A DNA stretch of 64,000 nt from Geosiphon pyriformis uo1. Lineage: Eukaryota > Fungi > Glomeromycota. The stretch covers positions 789,483 through 853,482 of the forward strand of contig JAAOMT010000586.1 in NCBI GenBank assembly GCA_016748015.1, read 5' to 3'. The notes under the pieces were generated by a model. That model made no database searches, had not been told where the DNA came from, and saw nothing but the letters and a program-made list of their open reading frames with translations. Positions 38,463 to 50,673 of this stretch are shown here, piece after piece (within the stretch, counting starts at the first letter, position 1; the number at the start of each line of letters is the position of its first letter). A program made the translations under genes and the position numbers.

Positions 38463-41400
38463 CATTTTTGATAGCTATATAAGCAATGAATTTCTTAGCT
38501 GTAGAAAAGCATGTAATAACAAGCATCTGAATAATCAAGAATAAATAAAATAACAACTTTCATTTCAATCTTTCTCTTATCGCTAATTTCCCTTTCTCTA
38601 TCTTTAAGTATCTGAACATCTTAAAGATAAAAGATTACTTGTTGGTCTTTTTCTAACATATATAATTGTAGCATTTGAAGATTATTTGAATAAACATGAC
38701 TAAAAAGCACAAGTTGATACCTGATATTAAATTCTAAGAGCATTGATGTAAGGCATAGAATTATACCAGTGGTGATCAATTGTTGACAGCACAGATTATC
38801 CCTCTACCTTCAGATTTCCCAGTTACTTTTGAAAAGAATAGCAACTGAGATATTTTATGAGACTGATCTCGCACATTGAATCCATACTCATTTAATTCAC
38901 TCTTTAAAGTTGAATTCCTCTTTGATTATTTCCATCATCCTACAATCTTGTTCTTCCTTGCTATCCATTAGCTTGTTATTCCAACCCATAAAAATATTCT
39001 GGTTGCTATATTTTTTTTAATATTAATAGTTTGAACACTACTGGTTTTTTTAGCAGAGCTGTCATTAATTAGAATAAGCCAATTATAACAATGTATACTA
39101 ATGTTTGCATAGGATAATTAGACATTAAATTAATATTCAACAGCAGATTTGCAAACAACATAATTATAAAACAACTTATAAATTAATTAAGTTGTTAAGT
39201 AAATTGTACAGCCACCATTAAAATAATTATGGCAGATAAAAATACCAAAACACTAATAGAAAAAATTGACAATTTTTTTTTTGAAATTTACAGAATCAGA
39301 ATTTTAACTAAATTACTTGTTATAGAAACCACTTAGTATTAAGTTTTTATAAAAAATAATTAGTTAATTAAAGTATATGCTATACTTAACTGAAACATTT
39401 AAGAACTCCAGATTATCTTTAATAAACAATATATTAAAGTACTCATCATGTATAAACACTTCAAAACAATGGCCCTAAAACAACTTCTAATTGTATTTGA
39501 AGAACTTATTTTTCAATTAACCTTAAAAACCCATTAAGTTTCTTAGACTAACAATTTCAGAACAAAGCTACTACTATTTCTTACATAGGAAAAAATAAAA
39601 TAAAAGAAGAGCTGATAAAGAACTCCAGAAATTACTATCAATTTATCTAACTCCAAATTAATAAAATTAACTATATTAACCCCCAAAATTAATCTGTGTT
39701 GATTGTAAAAAAAAGTTATTTTTTATAAATGTCTATATTAGAAATAATGAAATATGGCCCATTACTATCAAATACTATTGCCAATCTTATATGTTAGAAT
39801 AATTTAGACAACCAAAATAACAAGGCAAATAGAACAATATACTATGTTTTATATGTAGCAAAATCTTATTAAATAAAAAATTATGGAATAATGTTCTTGA
39901 CAGAGATAAAACATATAATAAATTTTACCAGTACATTATTTTAATCAATAATTAGGCCTAAAAAGAAACTCCATTTGTTGTAGTTTATAGTTAAGCAATA
40001 AATTAACTAGATTTATATCTTTATAATAATAAAAAAATTTAAAATATGGCCATAGCAAAATGAGAAGACACTATAACTAAAAAATACATGTTATAAAAAA
40101 TGCTCTGGTAATCATTAAAAAAATAGATGACTTATTTATAAATAACTCCAAAGCATTTTAAAACTAATATTAAGAACTTGCTTTTATTCAAGAAGAACAA
40201 AAACAAAGACTATTTAATCTTAATACAAAACTGTGTAATTATTGTCTAATTCCTTGTTATTTCTAGTATTATATAAAAGTAATCTCTTGTTTAATTCACT
40301 TCTAAAAACACTATACTCCATTTTCAAACTATTAGAACTTAAAGAAAAATATGAGCTTATAGCTGAAAACTTGTTATTTCAAAAGCCATATAAGGCTACT
40401 GAAATAAAATAGTATCTTGCTTATTTTGATCTTTTTAAGAAATTAGAATTAAAATAGTATAGTAATAACAATAAAAAATATGCTCCAAAAAAGCATATAG
40501 AAACAATGCTAAATTCAATTTAAGATACTCTGAACAATTTTTTGTAGTTATAGCACCCTATTTTTTTATAAAAATAGATATAAAAATAACTTTAAAAATT
40601 TCTATTAGTACTATAGTCCAAGTTACATTTTGGTCTAGCCTTGCAAAAAAAAAATCGACATAAAAAAAGAAATTATTAATTCAAAATATACAGAAACATT
40701 ATTGTAATGTTATAAAACAATTTTAATAAATCCTATATAATTAAATCACAAGAAAAAATCACCCAAATTATTTTTTAGCTTTTTATAAAAGTATTGCAAT
40801 TAATTTTAGTTATTACATAAAAGGAATTAGGTCTTACTGCTTAAAAAATTAAGAAATTTGGATTAAATAAAAAGAGAAACATATCAGTTAATTTTATAGA
40901 AGATAATAGTAACAAAGTAAAACTCATTTACATTAATATGATTATTTTTATTCCTTTATATTGACAATATATTCTAAAAGTGAATTGAAAAATTCAGGAT
41001 TAAGTTTTTTTATTTAAAACTAATCCAAAAATCTGTTTTTTAGCTAATATTACCAATCTATATATTTTAGCCAAAATTCATAAACATTTTAAAATTCCTA
41101 TCTATAATTTTACAGAAGAAGTTATTAAGATTTCTGAAGAAACTCTTATCAGCTCTATTTTAAAATCTTAAGAGACTCCAGCCTATTTTAGACTTTGCAC
41201 AATTGTTCTTATTTTGTGATATTATCTTACAAATATAAAATCTGCCAAAAAAAAGCTATTTGTTTATACTAAAAGAAATTGCCAAATTAAACTTGAAAAA
41301 CTTAAGTATATTACAACAGTTACAATTTAAAGTTCTCTTAAACCAATATGCCAATATCTTTGTTAGCAAAAAAAAATTCAGATACACTAATATTGTAAAA

Positions 41401-44400
41401 CACCAGATTAATATAAAAGATGTTAAATTCATTAAACAATAAATCTACCAAGTAATTTCAGTAAATGACAACCTAATTAAACAAAAAGTACAAAGAATAT
41501 TAGACAACAGGGTAATTAAAAAATTGTTAAGTTCTTGGTTTTTTTCAGTAGTATTAATTATCAAAAAAATAAGAAAATATAGTTCTGCATAGACTATTAA
41601 AAGCTTAACAACATTACTTAAAAAGATAGCTATTTGACTCCTTTCATTTAGAAAATTTTAAATAACCTAGAAAATAAGAAGTGGTTCTCTTTTTTAGACT
41701 TAGCCAGTAAATATTGGCAAGTTAAAATAGATCCCAAGAATAAAAAAAAAAACAGCATTTACTACACAAAACAAAAACTTTGAATTCAATATAATGCTTT
41801 TTGAACTTTACAATACTTCAGCTATTTTTCAATATTTTATAAATGTTATGTATAAAAAATTTTTCTGAAAATTAGTTGTAGTATATTTGAACAATACTAA
41901 TATATTTTCTAAAACATTTAATAATCATCTGTTTCATTTTTAACAAGTTTTTGATTACTTTTAGAGTATTAAATTAAAGCTAAACTCAAACAAATGTTTT
42001 TTTGGAAAAACCAAATTAAAATTCTGGAAACACATAATAGATAAAGATAAAGTAAAACCAAATCCAAATAAAATGAAAAAAGTCAAAAACTTTTCAGCTT
42101 TAACTAATCAGTGAAAACTAAAAAGGTTTTTAAGACTGGCTAGATATTACTGCAGATTTGTTAAAAACTTTTTAGACATTGTAAAACCACTTTATTACCT
42201 GTTATCAAAACATGTTCTGTATCTATAGAAAAAAAACTTTTGATTATCTTAAACAATAACTAATAAAAGCATTAATATTGATTTATTTAGACTTTAATAA
42301 ACACTTTATTGTTATTATAAATCTCTTAAAAAATACATTAGAAACTGTCTTGTCACAAATCAGGCCAGAAAATTAAGAACACCTAATTGCCTATGCCAGT
42401 TATAGTATCAATACAATAAAAAAATATGCAGTATAACAGATTTAGAATGTTTTGTTATTTACTAAGCAGTACAAAATTGGAGATACTATCTTTACTAACT
42501 ATTTGACTATAAAAAACTTATTTAGTTACTTAACAAGCCACAACTAAAAGAAAGATATGCACAATAAAGTATTTATCTGCAACAATTCTTATACAAAATA
42601 CATTATAAAAAAGGAACCAAAAACACCAACACTAATAGTTTGTTAAGAATAATACAAATTTAATCTTAGATCTATAAACATAATTATCTATTAACAATTA
42701 TACTAGTATTTATTAATATTACAGTTTAAGAAAAAATTATCTCAATAGAAACAAAGTATTACACAGAAACAAGCTGTAATTACTTTATTTAAAACAACTA
42801 ACTATATTATTAAAAATGTTAAAACTGTACTATCTCATAATAAGTTATAAAAAACAATGAAAGAAAAACTGTTTTGCATAATATGTACTTTAATCCAATC
42901 ACAAAACATTTCAACAAAGATGTTATTCTAAAAAAAACAATAAATCTATACTATTAGCCAACAATATATAAGGATATCTTTGAATATGTCAACAATTGTA
43001 ACTTATGCCAATGAAAAAAAAGCCAGAATAATGAAACCACTTTGATTCATTCTAGTTGAAAATCTATTTGATAGAATTAAAATCAATTTGGTTGGTTTTC
43101 TTTTAATTATATCCAAAAAAAATTATTATATTATTGTAATTGTAGACTACCTAATCAAATAGTCTGAAGCCAAAACTATTTAAGTAGCAGATGTTAAAAC
43201 AGTAGCTAAATTCATATATCAAGATTTGATTTGCTAACATAAATGTTTGAAAAAATTATTATTTAATCAAAGAACTCATTTTGTTAATAATATATTAGCT
43301 AAACTAAGCCAACAATTTAGAATAAAATAATCATTATTCTTATAATATTACTCATAAATAAATAGACTGGTAAAAAAATTTAACCAAATATTATATAAAA
43401 CATTAGCAAAAATAAGTTACAAAAATACACAAAAATGAGACTATCAAACAATTGCTTAGTTTTGAAAATTGTTTTTGTGTCTTGGAGAAAAACTTGGGTT
43501 TCTATGATTCTAAAATTTTATGATTGGAAGGGTGTGTTAACAAATACAAAGCCAATTGTGTTGATCAAAATGGCAAGAAAAATCTTTTTAAAAATTATGT
43601 TAAATTGCATATCTTCTGCTTGTACTAAGTTTAATGTGCTTTATAGAACAAATTTTTCAGTACTTAAAGACATATCTACCCAAAATCTTATTTTTGCAAT
43701 AAGCTTAGTTATTAAGAATGCTTTGGAAAAAGACAAAAAAATATGGCTGGTTTTGCAGAATATGCAAAAAGCTTATAACTTAGTTGGTTAAATTTATTTG
43801 CAGTGGAGTTTGGAGTATATAAAAATGTATAAAAGTTTGTTGGGTTTTTTAGCAATTTACATGAAAACCAAATTAATAAAGTAATAACAAATTTTGGTCT
43901 CTTAAGTAGTTGTAAAATGCATAATAGTTTGGATTAGGATAAAGTTTTTTATTATTTCTTTGGAAAATATTTTATGATCTCTTTTTGTGTAAAATCAGAA
44001 GGCACAAACATTTGTGTAGTTATTGTGTTAACATTAAGTTTGTTGTCAGATTAAGAAAAATAGAAGCCAACTTAGACAGTATTACTCATAGAATATAAAA
44101 ATTATATATTAATACATAAATTAGCCAATCAGAATAGACATAGTAAAAGTGGAATTCCAGAATTTCTCTTAAAGAAATTGCAGAATTTCAGAATTACAAA
44201 ATTCTTATATAAGAAATTATAAGATTTCAGAAATTCCAAAATTTCTAGTTAAAGAATTGAAGAATTTAAGAAATCTTATATAACATAAATTATATATATA
44301 TAGTGAGAGTATTAAAAGCAGAAAAAGGAATTCCTAAAGAATTTAATAGAGTTTTATTAATTTAGAACAATTTTCTTTTTTCTCTATTTATTAATTCTTT

Positions 44401-45369
44401 TTTCACAGATAGTTACTATTAACCAAAGTAAATTCATTAACAAAATATTGAATAAAACATATTTATTATCATCTAATTCATATTATTGTTATTTGTTTGA
44501 GAATTCTTAGTTTAGAACCTCCTGTTTTAATTTCAGACTCATCTCTTTATATGATAGTATTTTATGACTTGAAATAGAAATATATCAATAAAATATTTAT
44601 TAATATTACAATCCATCTTTCCACTATTAACAATTCATGTTGATAACTGCCAATACTTAACTACACTAGACCAATAGCTCTTGATCATGGCTATTAATAG
44701 AATACTAATTTTTTCTTGTCTTGGCTTATTTCTTTATTTCTCTTTTTATTATTTCTTTTATTTCTTTTATTTTCTTTTTTTTTATTGTGAATTTACTAAT
44801 TGATTAAAAAATTAACACACAGAGTATTAATGTTAGGATATAGCACTAGTAAAAGACCCAGAAATAAGAATAAACACTTAAAATTGAGAATAGCTTATTA
44901 GGAGATTACCAGCCATCAAGCTGAAAAAAAAATTGATAGAATTGTAATTCCGAAAAGCTATGGATAAAACAATACTTGAATTTCTGTTCATTATACAAAG
45001 AATTCAAACCAAAACCTTCAGATATAAAAACCTTCAGAAATTACCAATACATATCACTTATTAAGCACCAAGTTACAGGTTTGTTATTTGTTTTTAGATC
45101 CCAAATAATCACCTGTAACATTTGATGCTCCTTGTGAGATATAATCTAACAAAGAACCAGTACCAGCAATAATTACCTGTAATATTTGGTGCTCTTTATA
45201 AGATATAATCCAACAGAAAACTAATCATCTATAATATTTGGTATTCTCTGTGAGGTATAATCCAGCAGAGAACTAGCACCAGCAATAACCATGTAGAAAA
45301 GTGGCAAACCAAGAGAAAACAAGAGAAAATCACTTAGAATTTGCAAAATTCTTATTTTAGCATTATTTT

Positions 45370-45950
45370 TGAAAAACTCATTAAAATTAAAACTCTATTT
45401 ATTCAAAACCTGATCATTAAAACCTTAAACATTCGAAAATTACCATTAATAAACTCGTTAAAACTTGTTAAATTAAAAACTTCAATTATTCAAAACCCAA
45501 TCATTAAAATTTTAAACAGTTGAAACTTACCTTTAATAAACTTATTAAAATTAAAACTTCAATTATTTAAGACCCAATTATTAAAATCCCGAACATTTAA
45601 AAATTACTGTTAATAAACTCATTAAAACTCATTAAATTAATACTCTATTTATTCAAAATCCAATCATTAAAACCCCAAATATTTGAAACTTATTTTTGAT
45701 AAATTTGTTAAAAACTCATTAAAAAACTCCAATTATTTAAAACCCAATTATTCAAAAACCCAAACATTTGAAATCTGATAATTCTAACTCCACTATCATA
45801 CAAAAAAACTTACCATCAATAAAACTCATTAAATCTCTAATAATTCAAATTCCAAGAATTATTCAAAAACCTGAACATTCAAAGTTTAATAAATTCCAAA
45901 TTCCACTATCATACAAGAAAACTTATTTTCAATAGTTCAATAAAAACTAA
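45370..45950 (+). repeat. Degenerate ~80-90-bp tandem repeats inside element E
   Basis: Recurring AAACTCATTAAAA...TTATTCAAAACCCAATCATTAAAACCCC.AACATT.GAAA units. Confidence 0.75.
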
Positions 45951-46099
45951 TTTCTACAGTACTAATAAATTAACAAAACTCACCTAACAGCCTTAAGTCA
46001 GAATATTAAGATGTAGTCACAATCTACTTCTATGCATCATATATTCGAAAAAGAGCCAATTAGCAAGAACAGATAGAAATCAGAATTGGAATTTAACCT

Positions 46100-46275
46100 T
46101 AATTTAAACTCTACTGATAATAACAACAATTCAAACTCTGCTACTGACAACAACAATTCAAATTCTGCTAATAACAACAATAATTCAAACTCTGCTAATG
46201 ACAACAACAATTCAAACTCTACTAATAACAACAATAATTTAAACTCTACCAACAACAATTCAAACTCTGCTTTAA
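46100..46275 (+). repeat. 27-30-bp tandem repeat encoding Asn-rich NNNNSNSAND units
   Basis: AATTCAAACTCTGCTAATAACAACAAC-like units (ORF 46086..46445). Confidence 0.85.
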
Positions 46276-49200
46276 ACACTGAACAATATATTATGTTTCT
46301 AGATCTTACAATGGAGCAAGAATTAATTAAATTCAATAATAATAATGAGAGTATTATGTCTGAACATACACATAATACAAATGCAAGATTTAAACTTGAA
46401 TATTCTGAACAGACCACTATAGTTAAAAACTTTAGTTATGTATAAAATTAGATTTAAAAATAACAATAGAAATTACAGCAACAATATTAATACCAAAAAG
46501 AAATTTAAAAGATTTTGTAGGAGCTTAATATTAAAAAAGGGAATAATATTATTCATAGAATATAAGAATTATATATTAGTACATAAATTAGTCAATCAGA
46601 ATAAACATAATAAAAATGAAATTACAAGATTCTTATATGAAGAATTACAGAATTCAAGAAATTTCATATAATATAAATTATATATATATAGTGAGAGTAT
46701 TAAAAGCAAAAAAAGCAATTTCTGGAGAATTTAATAGAGTTTTATTAATTTAAAACAATTCTTTTTCTTTTTTATTTATTAATCCTCCCTTTATGAATAG
46801 TTACTATTAACTAAAGTGAATTCATTAACAAAATATTGAATAAAACATACTTATTATCATCCAATTCATATTATTGTTATTTGTTTAAGAATTTTTAGTT
46901 TAAAACCTTCAGTTCTAATTCCAGACTCATCTTTTATATGATAGTATTCTATGACTTAAAGTAAAAACATATTAATAAAATATTTATTAATATTACAATC
47001 CATCTTTCCATTATTAATAATTCATATTAATAGCTGCTAATACTTAACTACACTGGACTAATAGCTTTTAATCATAACTATTAATGGGATACTAACTTTT
47101 TTTTGCTTTGGCTTATTTCTTTATTTTTTTTTCATTATTATTTTTATTTCTTTTATTTCTTTTTTTTTCTTTTGTTTTATTATAGATTTACTAATTGATT
47201 AAAAAGTTAATACATAAGGTACCAACATTAGGATATAGCACTAATAAAAAACCCAAAAATAAGAGTAAACACTCAAAATTAAGAATAGCTTATTAGAAGA
47301 TTACCAGCCATCAAGTTGAAAAAAAAATTGATAGAATATAGATATTCTAGAAAGTAACAGACAACAAAACAGACCAACTCAAAAATTGGGAAGAAACTAG
47401 AAACATTACCAAAGGATATTATTATTGAATTTCTGTCTATTATACAAAAAACTCCACCAAAACCTTCAAATCATGAAAACCTTCAGATACAAACAAACCT
47501 TCAGAAATTACCAACTGTACTAACTATTAAGCACCAAGTTATGAGTTTGTTATTTGTTTTCAGAATCCAAATAATCACTTATAATAACAGAACATCATTT
47601 TTTGCAACTAAAACTTTTATTAATAATACAATTTAAATAGAGAATAGTTATGCTTTTATTTAATATATTTTAAATATTGCTAGCAAGTTTTTTTCTATCA
47701 ATAATGTTTTAATAAACAATAAAAAAACTGTGGTTATTTCTATTAATCAGAAAATTATAATTGCTTCTTTGTTTATAAACAGCTTACCAATTGTAATTAT
47801 GTAAAAAAGTATACTATACAAATATTTAGGAATTTTTCTTTTAACAAAAGGTTTGTTTAAGCTCAGCTTGACTAAAACACATTCAGATATGAAATTTTTT
47901 TCTAATATAGTGTTAAAAAAAACTTTTTCAGACAAACAGTTTTTGTATTTGGTTTTAGCTGTAGTATAGTTAATCATTAGTTATAAGACACAATTTAGTT
48001 TTATCTCAAAAAGTATATGCAACAAATGAAATGCTTTGATAAAAAAAAGATTCAAGACCAAAGTTAATCTACTAAGAGATTTTTCTGATAAATTTTTGTA
48101 TTATTTATTTTTGTATGAGTTGAAATTGTTTGAATAAATACAGATTGAAAATAAGATTGCATTGGTAATAGTTTTTTTTAATATTGCTGGCATTTTTAAA
48201 AGATTGTTTAAACACTGTTTTCTGAATTTATAAATTTTGGGATGAGTGCCTTTAAATCTTTTGCAATTTTCTATAAAATTAAGAATTAGTCCAGTAAACA
48301 ATTTTTTGGCAAAATTGATTAAACTTTTTTTAGACAATAAAATCTCTTTAATTAACAGTTTATCTAGCATTTTTTGTTATATAAGCAAATTTCTAATATT
48401 AATAATTTTAGGAGTTTTTTATTATTATAATATAATCAATTTATTGAAGTACTATGAAGTGGTCTTTTGTAATAGACTTTTGAACAAACATGAAATAGTT
48501 GTGTATTGAAAAACATTTTACTATTGAAAAAAACTGGTTTTGAAAGGTTTAGTGCCATATTGGTTTGTTATTGCTTCTGAATTTATGTCTGCTTTTTGCT
48601 ATGAGTCTTTTCAGACATTATTGTCTAATAATTTTGGTAATATTTTGAATTTGGGTGATTTTTTGAATGCTTGAGACTGTTTGTATCAAGTTTAATTTAA
48701 GAGTTTTAATATTTACATTAATAAGTTTCTAAGGAATAGGGATTTGTTTTCTATGAGTTATAGAGTAATGATTTATTTTTTAGATATTAACCTAAATGTT
48801 AGAGTAAAAATTTAAGGATTGGTTTTATCAATAATAATAGAACTACAAATAATTGTGTTGGCTTTAAAATGTGTTTTTTTATCCTGTTTAGTGGTCTTGT
48901 ATTTAGATAGTCAAGCAGCAATAGACATGTATACTTCTGATTTAGAGCTTTGATGACCTAATTTTTGTAGTATTTATTGATTAAAACATAGGCATATTGT
49001 TAATTTAATTAAGAATAAAAATCTAACAGTCAAGTGGATTAAGATTAAGAGTTATTTGGGTAATGTAAAAAATGACTAAGTAGATATATTAGTGAAAATT
49101 GTGATTTATTCTTACTTGTTTCTTGTTTATTAAGTTTATAAGAGGTTTCTATTGGTTAATGGCAGAGCAATATTAAAAAATGCCTATTATTTTATGTGTA

Positions 49201-50673
49201 ATAGTTATGGGTTAATTAATTATGTTAATTAAAAAACTGGTTCTGGTATTGGGATTATAACTGACTTATTTATTCATATTTTCAATTGGCAGTACATAAC
49301 ATTAGTTTAATATTCAAATTTTTACATGCATATTGGTACTACTAGCAGAGTGTTTTTAGGTCTGTACACATATTTTATGAAGGCTGTATATAAAAAGTTG
49401 CCAATTGTTTTTAGAAAAAGGCTTTATAATAAAAGTTATCCTAATGTTTTGTGTTTGATGTATAATAAAGTAGAGTTTTCTGATTATGTTTTTAGTATTA
49501 GTAGTTGTTTAAAATTTTTTGTTAAGTTTGTCAGATGTTAGTTTGTATAAGCTTTTCAATAAAATTTTGTCTTGAAAAAATAGTATAAAGAAGTGTTAAT
49601 AGTTTTTAAAAATAAAAAAAAGACTGTTTTGGTTATAGTGAAATTTTTTCACAAGTTTATTGTATATTACAGAACTATAGTATGGGCTTTTAAGTCTAAG
49701 TTTAGGTAAATATAAAAAACAGTAATTTGGTTGGTAATATGAATGTGGTTTTTGAGCTTTTATGTTTTAAGTCTTCTTAATTATTGAATAGTGTTATTTG
49801 TTTATTTGAAATTGATAAAGCATTTGCAGTTAGCTTTGGTTTTTGGAGTTTTTGTTTGTTTTTTCAGGTTTAGATGATAAGATCTTAATTCAATTAAATA
49901 TGTAGTATGTTTTAATTAGTCTAAGTAACTAGTTATATATAGAAAGCACATAAATTATATTTAATTAAAAGCTTTTAGTATGTTTTTTTGTACTAGATAG
50001 TAATGAAACTGTACTCATAAAATAATAATAATAATAATAAAAAACTCCCAAAAAATTCAAAAATTTTTAAATTGTTATATTAATAAACAAGTATAAAAAA
50101 TACTTAATATTAATTTTTTAATTTTTATATTTGTTTATTAATATTAGTTTTTGCTATATATATTAAAATTTTGTAATTAAAAAATTTACTTAGAAGTAAT
50201 TAATTTAATAATTTTATAATTAACAAATTTTATTATAGTTTTTTATTATAAATTAATAAATTACAATTTAATTTTTATTAAATTTAAAAAAAACTAATTT
50301 ATAACTGTTTTAAAAAAATTAACAGAAATTTTTTTTAATTTATATATATATTTATATATTTAAATTAGTATTAATTAAGATGTTTATTTTTATAGCCAAA
50401 TTTTTAGCTTTATCTTAATTGTAAATATAAATTAAATAATTTTTTGGAATTTTGAAGAATAAAAACTTTTTTATATAAAAAAAATTATTATTATTTATAA
50501 CATTAAAATCAAATTGTTTAATTGGTTTTTTTTAATAATTTTTATTATTATTAACGTTTTATGAGTGAGATCCAAACACTACCTAGAGCTATACATCAAA
50601 GAAATAACATAAACTAAATGTGAATCATGCTCTTTCTACACATGACCAGCCACTCAGACTGATTAGAACAACA

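Larger units (their letters stand above)
21209..38993 (+). mobile_element. Full-length Gypsy element B (no dUTPase), LTRs 21209-21873 and 38245-38993, interrupted by element C
   Basis: Two homologous LTRs, TSD ATAT (21205-21208 / 38994-38997), PBS ~21880-21896, gag knuckle in ORF 22763..23401, PR ILDS in 23565..24287, RT YLDD 25334-25345, RH 25742..26143, IN ~26210-27522, PPT ~38234-38244. Confidence 0.95.
18152..43437 (+). mobile_element. Heavily decayed Gypsy element D, split by element B: putative LTR ~18152-19063, PBS 19066-19081, gag to 21208; PR, Cys-rich, dUTPase, RT, RH, IN at 38998-43437
   Basis: PBS TGGTGCTTTCTGTGAG; halves rejoin across the ATAT TSD into TITENNILVAIF; dUTPase remnant ~40480-40870, RT ~41400-42250, IN ~42720-43435. 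The LTR start is approximate and the 3' end is missing after the LINE junction. Confidence 0.75.
44080..47586 (+). mobile_element. Non-autonomous LTR element E (family C/F): LTRs 44080-45120 and 46547-47586, ~1.4-kb internal remnant
   Basis: Paired ~1040-bp LTRs, TSD ACAG (44076-44079 / 47587-47590), PBS ~45123, PPT ~46533-46546; internal pieces resemble gag and the pre-dUTPase spacer of C; no RT or IN. Confidence 0.9.
43440..50045 (+). mobile_element. 5'-truncated, decayed LINE (RT-RNase H-CCHC) with (TAA)n tail, split by element E
   Basis: ORF 43435..43791 is homologous to 53227..53895 and ORF 49326..49541 to 50674..51342; ends ACTCATAAAA(TAA)n at ~50013-50045; halves rejoin across the ACAG TSD just before the decayed FVDD motif. 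Confidence 0.85.

Noticed and set aside
45104-46275. CRISPR-like repeat-spacer array
   Set aside because: Repeats are contiguous degenerate duplications of retroelement sequence without unique spacers; eukaryotic context and no cas genes.
46037-46417. Minus-strand Leu-rich ORF (AEFELLLLL repeats) as a membrane protein
   Set aside because: It is the antisense reading of the Asn-rich AAC repeat.
50045-50465. MITE with terminal inverted repeats in the inter-LINE spacer
   Set aside because: The match is weak and low-complexity, and no TSD is identifiable.
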